A DNA stretch of 64,000 bases from a virus (Duplodnaviria; Caudoviricetes), in IMG/VR virus record IMGVR_UViG_3300029288_000056, positions 1 through 64,000 of that record. One strand, given 5' to 3'. Positions 55,191-63,791 of this stretch are shown piece by piece (position 1 is the stretch's first letter; every line of letters starts with the position of its first letter). Made by a program: the position numbers and the translations under genes. The notes under the pieces are model-generated. The model saw nothing but the letters and a program-made list of their open reading frames with translations. It was not told where the DNA came from and ran no database searches.

Positions 55191-55444
55191 TACAATACCT
55201 CATAAAAAAGTGCGCTGTCTGGCGATGTATCACCAGTTGCTATATAGTGTTTCTTACCGAGTAACCCAGCCTTCCAATCGCCGGCTGGCAACAGTCTTTT
55301 CAGCCCATTGACGATCTCGGCGAGATATATTTCATATGAATTTCCGGCGGGTGAATAATTAATATCCTCGTAAACTACCTGTCCCTCGTTGTATACGACT
55401 AATACGAATTCATTATCGGCTGCTGCATTTTTAAAGTATTTCAT
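55190..55444 (-). CDS. putative internal virion protein (MKYFKN leader)
   Basis: MKYFKNAAA. Confidence 0.65.
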   Translation of the reverse strand: MKYFKNAAADNEFVLVVYNEGQVVYEDINYSPAGNSYEIYLAEIVNGLKRLLPAGDWKAGLLGKKHYIATGDTSPDSALFYEVL

Positions 55445-55970
55445 GGCTCTCCTTTAGCTTAGCTAAAATACGTTGCTCTCGTTCCTTGTGCTCCCACCAA
55501 ACCAATAGCGCAACTGCGTCGGTTACGTGATCGGAAAGGCTCCCAAAACTCAAAATCTCTGGGTGAAGATTAACTACTCGGTTTGCGGTCCGTTCTTTAT
55601 TCTCTGTAATCGGGCTCACACCGTTAACCTTTACAAGGTGTGGTGGTATACACAACATCTTAACCGATCTACCGATCAACAGCATTTGGATCTCCATGAT
55701 CAGTTCGTACAGTTTCTTGATACTGGAGTCCATCATGTGCGGCGAGTACATGTTTCCCCGCGAGTGAGCGTAGAAGCTCGGCAACTCTACAACGACGAGA
55801 TCGGGTCTGTGCTCGTCCAGTCTTTCGCCCAACCACTTAACTACCTGACGGATTTTGTCGCAATACTCTTTACCCTTTGGATCGAGCTGGTCTACGTGAG
55901 TTATGGTTCTGTCGTTCATAACTGCGAGACCGCAATGAGTACCGCCGGGGTCTAGTGCAAGGGTAATCAT
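55431..55970 (-). CDS. RuvC-like Holliday junction resolvase
   Basis: LALDPG...GLAV, VVVE and HVTDAVAL catalytic motifs. Confidence 0.85.
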   Translation of the reverse strand: MITLALDPGGTHCGLAVMNDRTITHVDQLDPKGKEYCDKIRQVVKWLGERLDEHRPDLVVVELPSFYAHSRGNMYSPHMMDSSIKKLYELIMEIQMLLIGRSVKMLCIPPHLVKVNGVSPITENKERTANRVVNLHPEILSFGSLSDHVTDAVALLVWWEHKEREQRILAKLKESHEIL

Positions 55971-56599
55971 TTATTTTTTGAATACCATTGATCAAAGGCT
56001 TGGGTTATATTCATTGCAAGTTCATCTGTGTTATAACCTAGCATTCCTAAAACCATATCTACAATATCCCACTTATCGTTTGTATCATCTATTCTTAGAC
56101 CGAAAAGATTTATTGCGTAATCGGGCTCTGAAAGAAGTTCTGGTTCACGATCTTTATCTTCTTTCCACTCATCTTCAAACTCACTTGTAATAGATATAAT
56201 AACACTAGGGTCCGCAGCCGCGTTTAATCTCCCACTGACCAACTGTCTTACCTTATCTGCGTCTTTAATGTATTTCATTTCCTTAGCGGCGCCCAATTTG
56301 CCGAGTTTTTCCTCAGCTACGAGTGCGAGCATTCCCGCTAACTTATCCCCAGCATCCTCGCGCCCTTCCTCAAATTCATTTTCATCATCTGGCTCATCAG
56401 TAAACCAATCGGAAGAGAAGTCATTTCCAAATTCCTCCCATACCCAGTCGGGAATATTTCCTTTTACTATTTTTCGTAACGCACTTTTAAATTGAGCGTC
56501 ACTAACTTCCCCGACACCTAACTCTTCCGCTAATGATTCTGTCAGTTTATTGTCTAAAAGCTCTTTAGCGTAATCATGAATATAATCTAAGTCTAGCAT
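55967..56599 (-). CDS. acidic two-domain protein with internal MKYIKD leader
   Basis: KLGAAKEMKYIKDADKVRQLVSGRLNAA. Confidence 0.6.
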   Translation of the reverse strand: MLDLDYIHDYAKELLDNKLTESLAEELGVGEVSDAQFKSALRKIVKGNIPDWVWEEFGNDFSSDWFTDEPDDENEFEEGREDAGDKLAGMLALVAEEKLGKLGAAKEMKYIKDADKVRQLVSGRLNAAADPSVIISITSEFEDEWKEDKDREPELLSEPDYAINLFGLRIDDTNDKWDIVDMVLGMLGYNTDELAMNITQAFDQWYSKNK

Positions 56600-57711
56600 A
56601 TTTTCCCCTTTAAAGACTTAATAACTGCATTATAGACCTCTTCCGGGTCTATGTAGGAACTGCACATCCCAAATCCGTACTCATCTGGGTACAGACAGAC
56701 TTCTCGGTTACAGGGTTGGCAGTCTAATTCTTTGCCACCTACAATTGTAACATTTTCACCATAAAAATTTTTAATTAGGTTCTTATTCGGGACAACCGCG
56801 ACTACCGGGATCCCTAAGGCTCGTCCCAAGTGGAGTAGGAAGCTGTCAAACGCCACAATGACGTCCGCGTTAGACAGTAGCGCAATAAGATCCGATACCT
56901 GTTCAGTTAGACCTCCGATAACGGCGGTTTTGTGCTCGTTGAGATTAAACTTGTAAGTCAGATCAACCCCTAGTTGAGTGGCTTCCGCCAAGTAGTAATA
57001 AGCCTGATCGAGGGATCCGACCATAAGACAGTTGGCTTCCTCCGTTACTCGGTCAGAGATCTCCAGCATCTTCACCGGAGGATAGGTCTTGCAAACAGAA
57101 CTCGCCGCTAATTGCCAGATTACTAAAGGTTTGGTCGGGGTGTAAAAGTTGCACTCAAACCTTCGGCCTTCAATGACGTGGATTCGATTGCCGTTAAGCC
57201 AGTCTTTCCAGTATTCCTGAGTATTGGGGTTCGGATAGCAGACCAAATCGTTATCACCGTCATCTTTCATTTCGAAGTACTCTTTGTAATTATCCGCGCC
57301 CTCTTGTGGGATCTGCAAATAGACGCACTCCCAGTCCTCTAAAGCGTCTAGAAGAATCGGCGTCGCCCTAACTTCAATCGGGAGCCGGCATGCGTTGAGA
57401 ACGTAAGAGCTGTTCTCCCCGGTTACGACCATGAACTTCTTAGTCGGATTGTCCTTGATCAACTGCCGTATCAACGGAGAGATCATTAGCGCGTCACCAA
57501 GCGAAAGGTCTACTATGATTGCAACCTTGTCCTTGCTGATCTCGTCCAACGAAGTACAGAACTGAAAATCTGCGTCGGTATCAATCACGTTGAAGATCTT
57601 CTTAAACCCAACATACTCACTTAACATTAAGTAAGGGATACTGTCCATAAATACACGTTTCCCGTGAGGTGTCTCAACGGGAGTATTGCTGCTGAATTTT
57701 ACGATAAACAC
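56593..57711 (-). CDS. glycosyltransferase family 9-like protein
   Basis: SLGDALMISPLI; LIALLSNADVIVAFDSFLLHLG; CQPC...C. Confidence 0.85.
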   Translation of the reverse strand: MFIVKFSSNTPVETPHGKRVFMDSIPYLMLSEYVGFKKIFNVIDTDADFQFCTSLDEISKDKVAIIVDLSLGDALMISPLIRQLIKDNPTKKFMVVTGENSSYVLNACRLPIEVRATPILLDALEDWECVYLQIPQEGADNYKEYFEMKDDGDNDLVCYPNPNTQEYWKDWLNGNRIHVIEGRRFECNFYTPTKPLVIWQLAASSVCKTYPPVKMLEISDRVTEEANCLMVGSLDQAYYYLAEATQLGVDLTYKFNLNEHKTAVIGGLTEQVSDLIALLSNADVIVAFDSFLLHLGRALGIPVVAVVPNKNLIKNFYGENVTIVGGKELDCQPCNREVCLYPDEYGFGMCSSYIDPEEVYNAVIKSLKGKIC

Positions 57712-57719
57712 ATTAACTC

Positions 57720-58967
57720 CTAAACGTTCATATTACACGATAAGCCATGCCACCCAAATTCGCCAGAGTATTTCTCTCCCGGCAAATAGAGTGACGCTGA
57801 AAACTTCTTAGCTAACTCAAGTGGCGCGAATTTAAATCCCATCCGCTCCAGTTTACTTCTTAATCTAACACAAATTATGTAGTCCTCGGGATGGTAGTAA
57901 GCAGGTTTAGAGACGTTGACAATTTCCGATAACGTCTCTTGAAGCTTCCTACTCCTGAGTGAGAATCCACCGTTACCGACTAAAAGCTCTGACGACCAGC
58001 TATTAACCGATGCGCCAATGTAGTCGTAGTCTAGAAACCTCTTGTCGTAAGAGTTCTTGTTAAGTACAAATCCGTCATACTGGGTCACTAAGACGAAGTC
58101 CTTCTCTATGTGTCTGTACAAGTCCGACATACAAAAGAACGAGTAGTTCTCTTTTGATATCAGCGGGTAAATCTCAACGTACTGTATTCCCTCTGGAAGG
58201 TCAGCCGGCCTAGGAAGGCTGGTTAGAAGTTTAACTTCCCCACACTCAACCTCTTCCATACTTCTCTTCAACGCCTTTACCGCACGAGCCGTGTTTAGAC
58301 AATCAACAGCCACCATTGAGACGTTGGGTAGTTTAACTAAATGGCTATTCGGCTTCTCTATTTTAGCCACAACCCTATCTAGCCAAACAACATTATAGTC
58401 CATGCGGTTTTCGAAGACCTCGTTTATAAAACTAAAATCCCCGCACCTAGGGACACCAAAGGCATGTATGTGTTTTTTCCACACGTCCTCCCTCACTACG
58501 AAGCACATTGTGTCCACTCTATTTTTTTGTGGGCGGTTACCCCAAATCTGATCGGGCGGAAGCATAGCCTCCCCAACCGTGTCTTTGTCCGCTTCAACCC
58601 TAACCATTATAACGTGTGGATTCTTTTTGAACGCTACAAAAGACTTGAGCTCCTTGATAAAATCATCATCTACGATTTTGTTGTCGTCGTCAAGGATATA
58701 TACGTATCTACCCGTCGCCCTATCTTTATTCAGTGATAAGCTTTTGTTCGCATCATGAAGACCGTCCCTGTGATTGTGTACAAAGACCTGTTCATAATCC
58801 CGATCGCTCTGTTTTTTAAGCGAGTCTATGTTCCTTAAAAGTAGTTCCGGCCTATCGCAACACCGAGTAACGACGGTAAGAAAAGGTTGCCCAGAGACGT
58901 TGTCTCCGACAAAGACCTTACTGCCTATTATCGATTTTACCTTGAGATACTCGGGTGTATCAAACAT
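57720..58967 (-). CDS. GT2-like glycosyltransferase fused to a DUF5672-like domain
   Basis: YVYILDDD; QYDGFV...FLDYDYIGA...VGNGGFSLRSRKL...PED. Confidence 0.8.
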   Translation of the reverse strand: MFDTPEYLKVKSIIGSKVFVGDNVSGQPFLTVVTRCCDRPELLLRNIDSLKKQSDRDYEQVFVHNHRDGLHDANKSLSLNKDRATGRYVYILDDDNKIVDDDFIKELKSFVAFKKNPHVIMVRVEADKDTVGEAMLPPDQIWGNRPQKNRVDTMCFVVREDVWKKHIHAFGVPRCGDFSFINEVFENRMDYNVVWLDRVVAKIEKPNSHLVKLPNVSMVAVDCLNTARAVKALKRSMEEVECGEVKLLTSLPRPADLPEGIQYVEIYPLISKENYSFFCMSDLYRHIEKDFVLVTQYDGFVLNKNSYDKRFLDYDYIGASVNSWSSELLVGNGGFSLRSRKLQETLSEIVNVSKPAYYHPEDYIICVRLRSKLERMGFKFAPLELAKKFSASLYLPGEKYSGEFGWHGLSCNMNV

Positions 58968-60439
58968 TATTTTTCCGGTGAAGGTAGACTACCGTGCCAG
59001 CCAAACTGGTCCGAGTAGGTGTCCACAGGTGTGTCAAGAAGCACGGCAAATTTGTCGGCTATTTTTGGAGGAGCGAATTTGATTCCGTTTGCCTCTAAAA
59101 CTTTACGATACAATATACAGATCGCCATATCCTCATCGACGCTATTTATTACCTCTAAAGGAATAACCTTTTCTATAACCTCTAGCAGTTTTTTACTCCG
59201 TAATGAGAAGCCTCCGTTCCCAACTATTCTTTCTCCGAACTCCGCAGTATACCCGCTCCAACACCCACCACCGTGGTTTTTAGTTACCACTGGCCCAATG
59301 TAGTCGTATTGCAGGAATTCGTCACTCCAAGAATCCTGATTGAGAGCGTATCCGTCGTACTGTACGATCAAGAAATGTTTCGTGTCTATATAGTCATTTA
59401 AGTGTCTACTGCAGAACACCGAGTAGTCTTGTCTGCTGTTAACGGGGGTTATCTTTACAAACTCAATACTATCTTCAACATTGGCGGGCTTATCAAAATG
59501 TGTAAACAGTTTAACCTTGCCGCATTTTATTTCCTTTGCGGTTCTTCTAATGGCATAGAGGGCTCTGTCTAGGTTGAGACTGTCAACGCAAACCATTGTA
59601 ACTGAGGGCAGTTCAAGTGGAGTCTTATTTAAGGACTTTAGTGTTGTTTTAACTTCACTATCCTTTACGTCCACAGGATCCCCTATTCCCCAAATTTGGC
59701 TCATTAGCTTAACATCGTAACTAAGAGACATCTTTAGGACCTGTTTGTCTAGGCCCCTATTAATCGAAAAAGCCTCTAGGTGGTATACTTTGCTCCAAGG
59801 GCAATACCAAACTTCAAATCCTTTTTCTATAGCGCGGTAACAATAGTCCCTGTCACCACAATAGATTTTGTACCTATCGTCAAAAACACCGATCTCTTTT
59901 CGGCAGTCTGATGTTATATACATGCAGGCACCGGTAACCCAAGTTTGTCGAGTCGGTTCTTCTAATCCAAACGTCTGGCCTAACATTCCCGTAACATGTG
60001 GCGACGTTATCAGCTCTGTTGTTCCACCGAATCTGACAGAATAAGTTCCCCTGTAATCACAGTGATCCAATAATTGTGCGCACATTACCCCAATCTGGGA
60101 CCTTTTGTCTTTTAGCTTAAGGAAGCCGTCCAACCAATTGGGTAAGACTTCACAATCGCTTGATAGCCAAACAACGTCATTGTTCAAGGGGGTTTGTTTT
60201 AGCCCGTAGTTTAAGCCGCCTTGTACACCAAGATTCTCTTTGAGATACTTAACCTTCAACCACTTGAATCGTTTTTCAAACGATTTAAGGACGTCCACCG
60301 AACCATCAACGGATCCCTGTTCAATAATCAAGACTTCGGCTTCCCCGTCATCTAACTGATGAGTATAAGCCCAAAGACTTTCTAATAGCGGGGTTAGTAA
60401 CTCCTTAGTGTTCCAGTTTAATACAATAATTGTAATCAT
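58967..60439 (-). CDS. GT2 glycosyltransferase fused to a DUF5672-like domain
   Basis: IIVLNWN, GSVDGS, WVTGACM and GVFDDRY..Y..D.DYC; second domain VGNGGFSLRSKKL. Confidence 0.85.
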   Translation of the reverse strand: MITIIVLNWNTKELLTPLLESLWAYTHQLDDGEAEVLIIEQGSVDGSVDVLKSFEKRFKWLKVKYLKENLGVQGGLNYGLKQTPLNNDVVWLSSDCEVLPNWLDGFLKLKDKRSQIGVMCAQLLDHCDYRGTYSVRFGGTTELITSPHVTGMLGQTFGLEEPTRQTWVTGACMYITSDCRKEIGVFDDRYKIYCGDRDYCYRAIEKGFEVWYCPWSKVYHLEAFSINRGLDKQVLKMSLSYDVKLMSQIWGIGDPVDVKDSEVKTTLKSLNKTPLELPSVTMVCVDSLNLDRALYAIRRTAKEIKCGKVKLFTHFDKPANVEDSIEFVKITPVNSRQDYSVFCSRHLNDYIDTKHFLIVQYDGYALNQDSWSDEFLQYDYIGPVVTKNHGGGCWSGYTAEFGERIVGNGGFSLRSKKLLEVIEKVIPLEVINSVDEDMAICILYRKVLEANGIKFAPPKIADKFAVLLDTPVDTYSDQFGWHGSLPSPEK

Positions 60440-61572
60440 CTATCCTCCAATAAACTAAACACGGTACTCTTTATCTTTTCAAAATCAATTCCACGCCAAC
60501 AGGGGGCGAATTCGGTCTTTTCCTTAAAGGCGCAATTTTCAACTTGGTGTAGACGACACGGATAACACGGATAATCAGACACTATATTTGTAACACTGTT
60601 ATTTTTAAGGAGTGTTGGCGGTATTACGCCTAGCCAAATTCCAACCGTCGGTATGTTTAATATGTTAGCGACGTGGATCGAAAGACTGTCGGAGCTCACA
60701 ACTACGTCGGCCAAAGACAGTAAAGAAATAGCGTCGCTCAACCTTGGTGTATTAGGTAAAAGAAAATTAGTATTACCATTAATCATGTCCATCATTACGT
60801 CTTTTTGAATGTACTGATACACCTGATCGGGTGTTGCTAGTATAATCACATTAGCGTTCTTTTTTGCAATTGTGTCTAAGAACTGCAATAGAAAGTCAGG
60901 TGGATAAGTCTTCATCGGTTTTGATGACGATAGTTGAAAAACAATCGTTGGTAGGTTGGGATCGCAATGTTCAGCTTTCCATTGTGACCATTTCCCAACA
61001 CTTACAACATCCAAATAAATATTAGGATTAGGAATATCATGTTTTGTCACATCGATCCCGGCAAAACTCGCGAAGTTTTCTATCGCATATCTATCGGGTA
61101 ATGCGGAGAGTTCGGGAATTGAGTGGTAATCAAATACGAACCCGCCTAATAATTTGTCGTATGGAATAGGTAACGGATAAGCCTTTACAAAGGGATGCTT
61201 AGTGAAAAGATCCAAGTACTGTTTACTGTGTACAATGGCTATTTGCGCGTTAGGGAAACGATCCTTCATAAAGCACATCGTCGGCTCTATATTTAAAAGA
61301 TCCCCCACCCCAGCACCGCTACGCATAAAAAAGATCTTACCATTATAACCATTAGGAATACTTTTGTAGGTCCTAATGAACTTAACGTCGGAACTTATCT
61401 TCAGGTCCTGTTTCCGGTTGTAAAGGTTAATAATATGGCCCACGTTATCTAACTGCCCAATGATGTTTAGTCCGTTTTGCAACTCGTGGTTCCGATAGTA
61501 GACGTCATCGGTTCTATCTACCAGTATAACTTCTGGTTTATCTTTGTACGAAAAACACATCCAAAAACTCAT
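60436..61572 (-). CDS. glycosyltransferase family 9-like protein
   Basis: GVGDLL; LSLADVVVSSDSLSIHVA; CYPC. Confidence 0.85.
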   Translation of the reverse strand: MSFWMCFSYKDKPEVILVDRTDDVYYRNHELQNGLNIIGQLDNVGHIINLYNRKQDLKISSDVKFIRTYKSIPNGYNGKIFFMRSGAGVGDLLNIEPTMCFMKDRFPNAQIAIVHSKQYLDLFTKHPFVKAYPLPIPYDKLLGGFVFDYHSIPELSALPDRYAIENFASFAGIDVTKHDIPNPNIYLDVVSVGKWSQWKAEHCDPNLPTIVFQLSSSKPMKTYPPDFLLQFLDTIAKKNANVIILATPDQVYQYIQKDVMMDMINGNTNFLLPNTPRLSDAISLLSLADVVVSSDSLSIHVANILNIPTVGIWLGVIPPTLLKNNSVTNIVSDYPCYPCRLHQVENCAFKEKTEFAPCWRGIDFEKIKSTVFSLLEDR

Positions 61573-62153
61573 TTATCCACCTTTTCAAAAAATAAAGAAT
61601 TCTTTCTAACACTAGGGGTAACGGCGAGTGATTTTATCTTCACAGAATCGTCAGTTAATAGGTTAAAACCGTACGAACTCACCAATTCGATCCAGTACTT
61701 TTCTTCCTGTTCATTAATGTGACCGATCCCACCCTGCCCCGGCGTTGCTCCACTAAACCACAAATAATATCCACAATGGTCTGTGATGTTCTGTATCAAC
61801 TTATGCGTATCTTCCTTAGGGATATGTTCTATAACCTCTATACAAATAACTAAATCAAACTTCTTTTCTAAATTAAAAGGCTCTGAGGCATCAATAATAA
61901 GTTGTCTTTCTTTACAAAACGACAATTCTCCCATCTCGATCGGTTCAATACCCCACGCGTCAATTCCAAGTAGACTGGCCATTTTCGCAAAATAGTTTAC
62001 TCCGCAGCCGATCTCCAACAGCGACTTTGGATGATATTTGTCTATAACATACATTAAGGCGTCCCCGGAGTACAGACCTCTCTTTATTGTAAAGAGGTGG
62101 TCTTCTGGCTTCCAAGGGCCGCCTTGTTCTGGCGAAAGACTGATGTTACTCAC
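61569..62153 (-). CDS. class I SAM-dependent methyltransferase
   Basis: LLEIGCG, FDLVICIEVIEHI and ATPGQGGIGHINEQ. Confidence 0.9.
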   Translation of the reverse strand: MSNISLSPEQGGPWKPEDHLFTIKRGLYSGDALMYVIDKYHPKSLLEIGCGVNYFAKMASLLGIDAWGIEPIEMGELSFCKERQLIIDASEPFNLEKKFDLVICIEVIEHIPKEDTHKLIQNITDHCGYYLWFSGATPGQGGIGHINEQEEKYWIELVSSYGFNLLTDDSVKIKSLAVTPSVRKNSLFFEKVDK

Positions 62154-62307
62154 TAATCTCCACCAGCGTTTCGTTATTCCATACTGTTTGTCCGCAATTC
62201 AGACAAGATACCTGAATGTTGATCTTACTATACTCTGTTATCTCACAGTCTATGTACTTGGCTTCAGATCTTTGATGACAAGATGGACACTCATTAATTA
62301 TAATCAT
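62146..62307 (-). CDS. small Zn-ribbon protein
   Basis: CPSC...CLNCG; start reassigned to 62307 (GAGGA SD). Confidence 0.55.
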   Translation of the reverse strand: MIIINECPSCHQRSEAKYIDCEITEYSKINIQVSCLNCGQTVWNNETLVEISE

Positions 62308-62314
62308 ATTATCC

Positions 62315-62869
62315 TCACAATAAGTCTTTGTAAAAGAAATTCCAAACACCTTTTGTTTCTTTGGGTAGGTTGTTTCCCCCTGCGTTCCAATAGGCCGTCT
62401 GCATTTCACGTTTAAGAAACGGTCCCTTCTTTGGTGACGCCGCATACTTTTGCGCAAATTCTTGTAAAGTCATATTAGCGTAGGGTAAAAGAAAAAACTT
62501 TAAAAACCCAACTCTTTCCGTGTACGATAATGGCTTTACTAGTTTGATCCTTTTAGCTATCTCTTGAGTTACCGCCTCAACTACACCTTCAACCAATGGT
62601 ATAAAAAAACTCTGATTACTGTGGCCGAGTGAACTATGAATCAATTCGTGAAGGATCGAAGATTCGTATCCTTCTCTAACGTCGATCGTCATTGTTATAC
62701 GGTTAAAAGCACCGGCGGCGTTACCTCTATACCGTTTACTGACCCATTCTGTTTCACTCAAAACCCGCACCGATATGAACGAGGGAGGAATACCAATGTA
62801 GTCGGTCACCGCTTTAACTAGCGACATTAAGTCTGTGCTTCTAGTTATATCACGATAAGCGTTGAGCAT
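62315..62869 (-). CDS. zincin-like metalloprotease domain protein
   Basis: AAGAF...ILHELIH...VEG. Confidence 0.65.
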   Translation of the reverse strand: MLNAYRDITRSTDLMSLVKAVTDYIGIPPSFISVRVLSETEWVSKRYRGNAAGAFNRITMTIDVREGYESSILHELIHSSLGHSNQSFFIPLVEGVVEAVTQEIAKRIKLVKPLSYTERVGFLKFFLLPYANMTLQEFAQKYAASPKKGPFLKREMQTAYWNAGGNNLPKETKGVWNFFYKDLL

Positions 62870-63260
62870 TAGTCTCCTCTTTGTGACAATCAGTACAAAG
62901 TGTAACGAAGTTTTCTACGTCACACTCTCCACCACCATCTTTTACCGCTAAAATGTGGTGTGCTTCCCAATGTAGGCCCTCTTGACGCGAGCTAACGCAC
63001 TGTCTACCGCACTTTGAGCAGAGTCCTTTATCGCGCAAAAAAACAACAAAGCGTAAGTACTCGTTGTCGGCCTTAATAAGGTATTCTTCCCAGTACTTTT
63101 CTTTGAACGCTTTTTTACATTCCTCAGAACAGAAGTCTTTCTTGCGTCTGTCCTCTACTGGGTTAGCGCACATCAAACAAAGATAGCGTCCGCCAATAAT
63201 GTAGCGGGTAAAACCCTTAAGCTTTAAGAAGTCGTTCCAACTGATATATCTATTCTTCAT
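62850..63260 (-). CDS. HNH endonuclease
   Basis: RDKGLCSKCG...AHHI..V..GGG...NFVTLCTDCH. Confidence 0.85.
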   Translation of the reverse strand: MKNRYISWNDFLKLKGFTRYIIGGRYLCLMCANPVEDRRKKDFCSEECKKAFKEKYWEEYLIKADNEYLRFVVFLRDKGLCSKCGRQCVSSRQEGLHWEAHHILAVKDGGGECDVENFVTLCTDCHKEETNAQRLS

Positions 63261-63486
63261 CCGAAATGTTTTCTAAAAACTCCGCAAGTTTGCTAGCCTT
63301 CTTGCGGCCCTTTCTCTTCTTTTTAACGTTATTCGCCGAGGTATAGGCCGTAGAAAAAGCCCGACCCTCATCACCATTATATTCATCGTAAGCACTATTG
63401 AAAGTTTCTAAGAAAGCTTTTTGCTCTCTTTTATTGTACTTCTCTTTAACGGAATCAGGTAAATCCGATACAGATTTGTAAGGCAT
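63250..63486 (-). CDS. chaB: ChaB family protein
   Basis: MPYKSVSDLPDSVK...FNSAY...EGRAF..AY. Confidence 0.85.
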   Translation of the reverse strand: MPYKSVSDLPDSVKEKYNKREQKAFLETFNSAYDEYNGDEGRAFSTAYTSANNVKKKRKGRKKASKLAEFLENISDEE

Positions 63487-63497
63487 AGTTTATCCTT

Positions 63498-63533
63498 ATT
63501 ATAAGAGATTAAAACTGATGTTAATTAGGTTCA
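63498..63533 (-). promoter_or_regulatory. putative class B promoter
   Basis: TGAACCTAATTA-18bp-TATAAT. Confidence 0.5.
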
Positions 63534-63791
63534 GGAATATTTTTTATCAAAACGGGAGCGGAGGTGCATCATTACAAAGTTGTACCCTGTTTCGGGGTGG
63601 TGAGGAAGAAAGCACTCACTGCAATCTTTGAGACCGTTGTCTAGATTGTAGGTTCCGGGACATTCCCAGTTATACAACGCACATAGGCAAAACATGCAAT
63701 TCATCTCGGTAACGCCTTCTGGGAGTTTATGACACGGGTAATGAGGACACGATTTATTACTAAAGAAGCGTTCACTCATCCCTATCACCAC
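63531..63791 (-). CDS. cysteine-rich small domain protein
   Basis: FFSN..CPHYPCH...NCMFCLCALY...KDCSEC..PH. Confidence 0.75.
   Translation of the reverse strand: MVIGMSERFFSNKSCPHYPCHKLPEGVTEMNCMFCLCALYNWECPGTYNLDNGLKDCSECFLPHHPETGYNFVMMHLRSRFDKKYS

Noticed and set aside
33085-56599. The recurring DNA string ATGAAATAYTTTAARAAY as a CRISPR repeat, att site or integron-like cassette boundary
   Set aside because: Spacing is irregular (hundreds to thousands of bp), there is no palindrome, every copy is in frame at an ATG, and variation is concentrated at synonymous positions.
33085-56599. MKYFKN...LxA as a Sec or lipoprotein signal peptide with an A-x-A signal peptidase site
   Set aside because: There is no hydrophobic h-region or lipobox Cys. 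The true signal peptides at 1466 and 29537 look completely different.
2272-62821. Numerous plus-strand ORFs in the track overlapping the minus-strand genes
   Set aside because: These are antisense shadows of well-supported, SD-bearing, translationally coupled genes and have no recognisable motifs.
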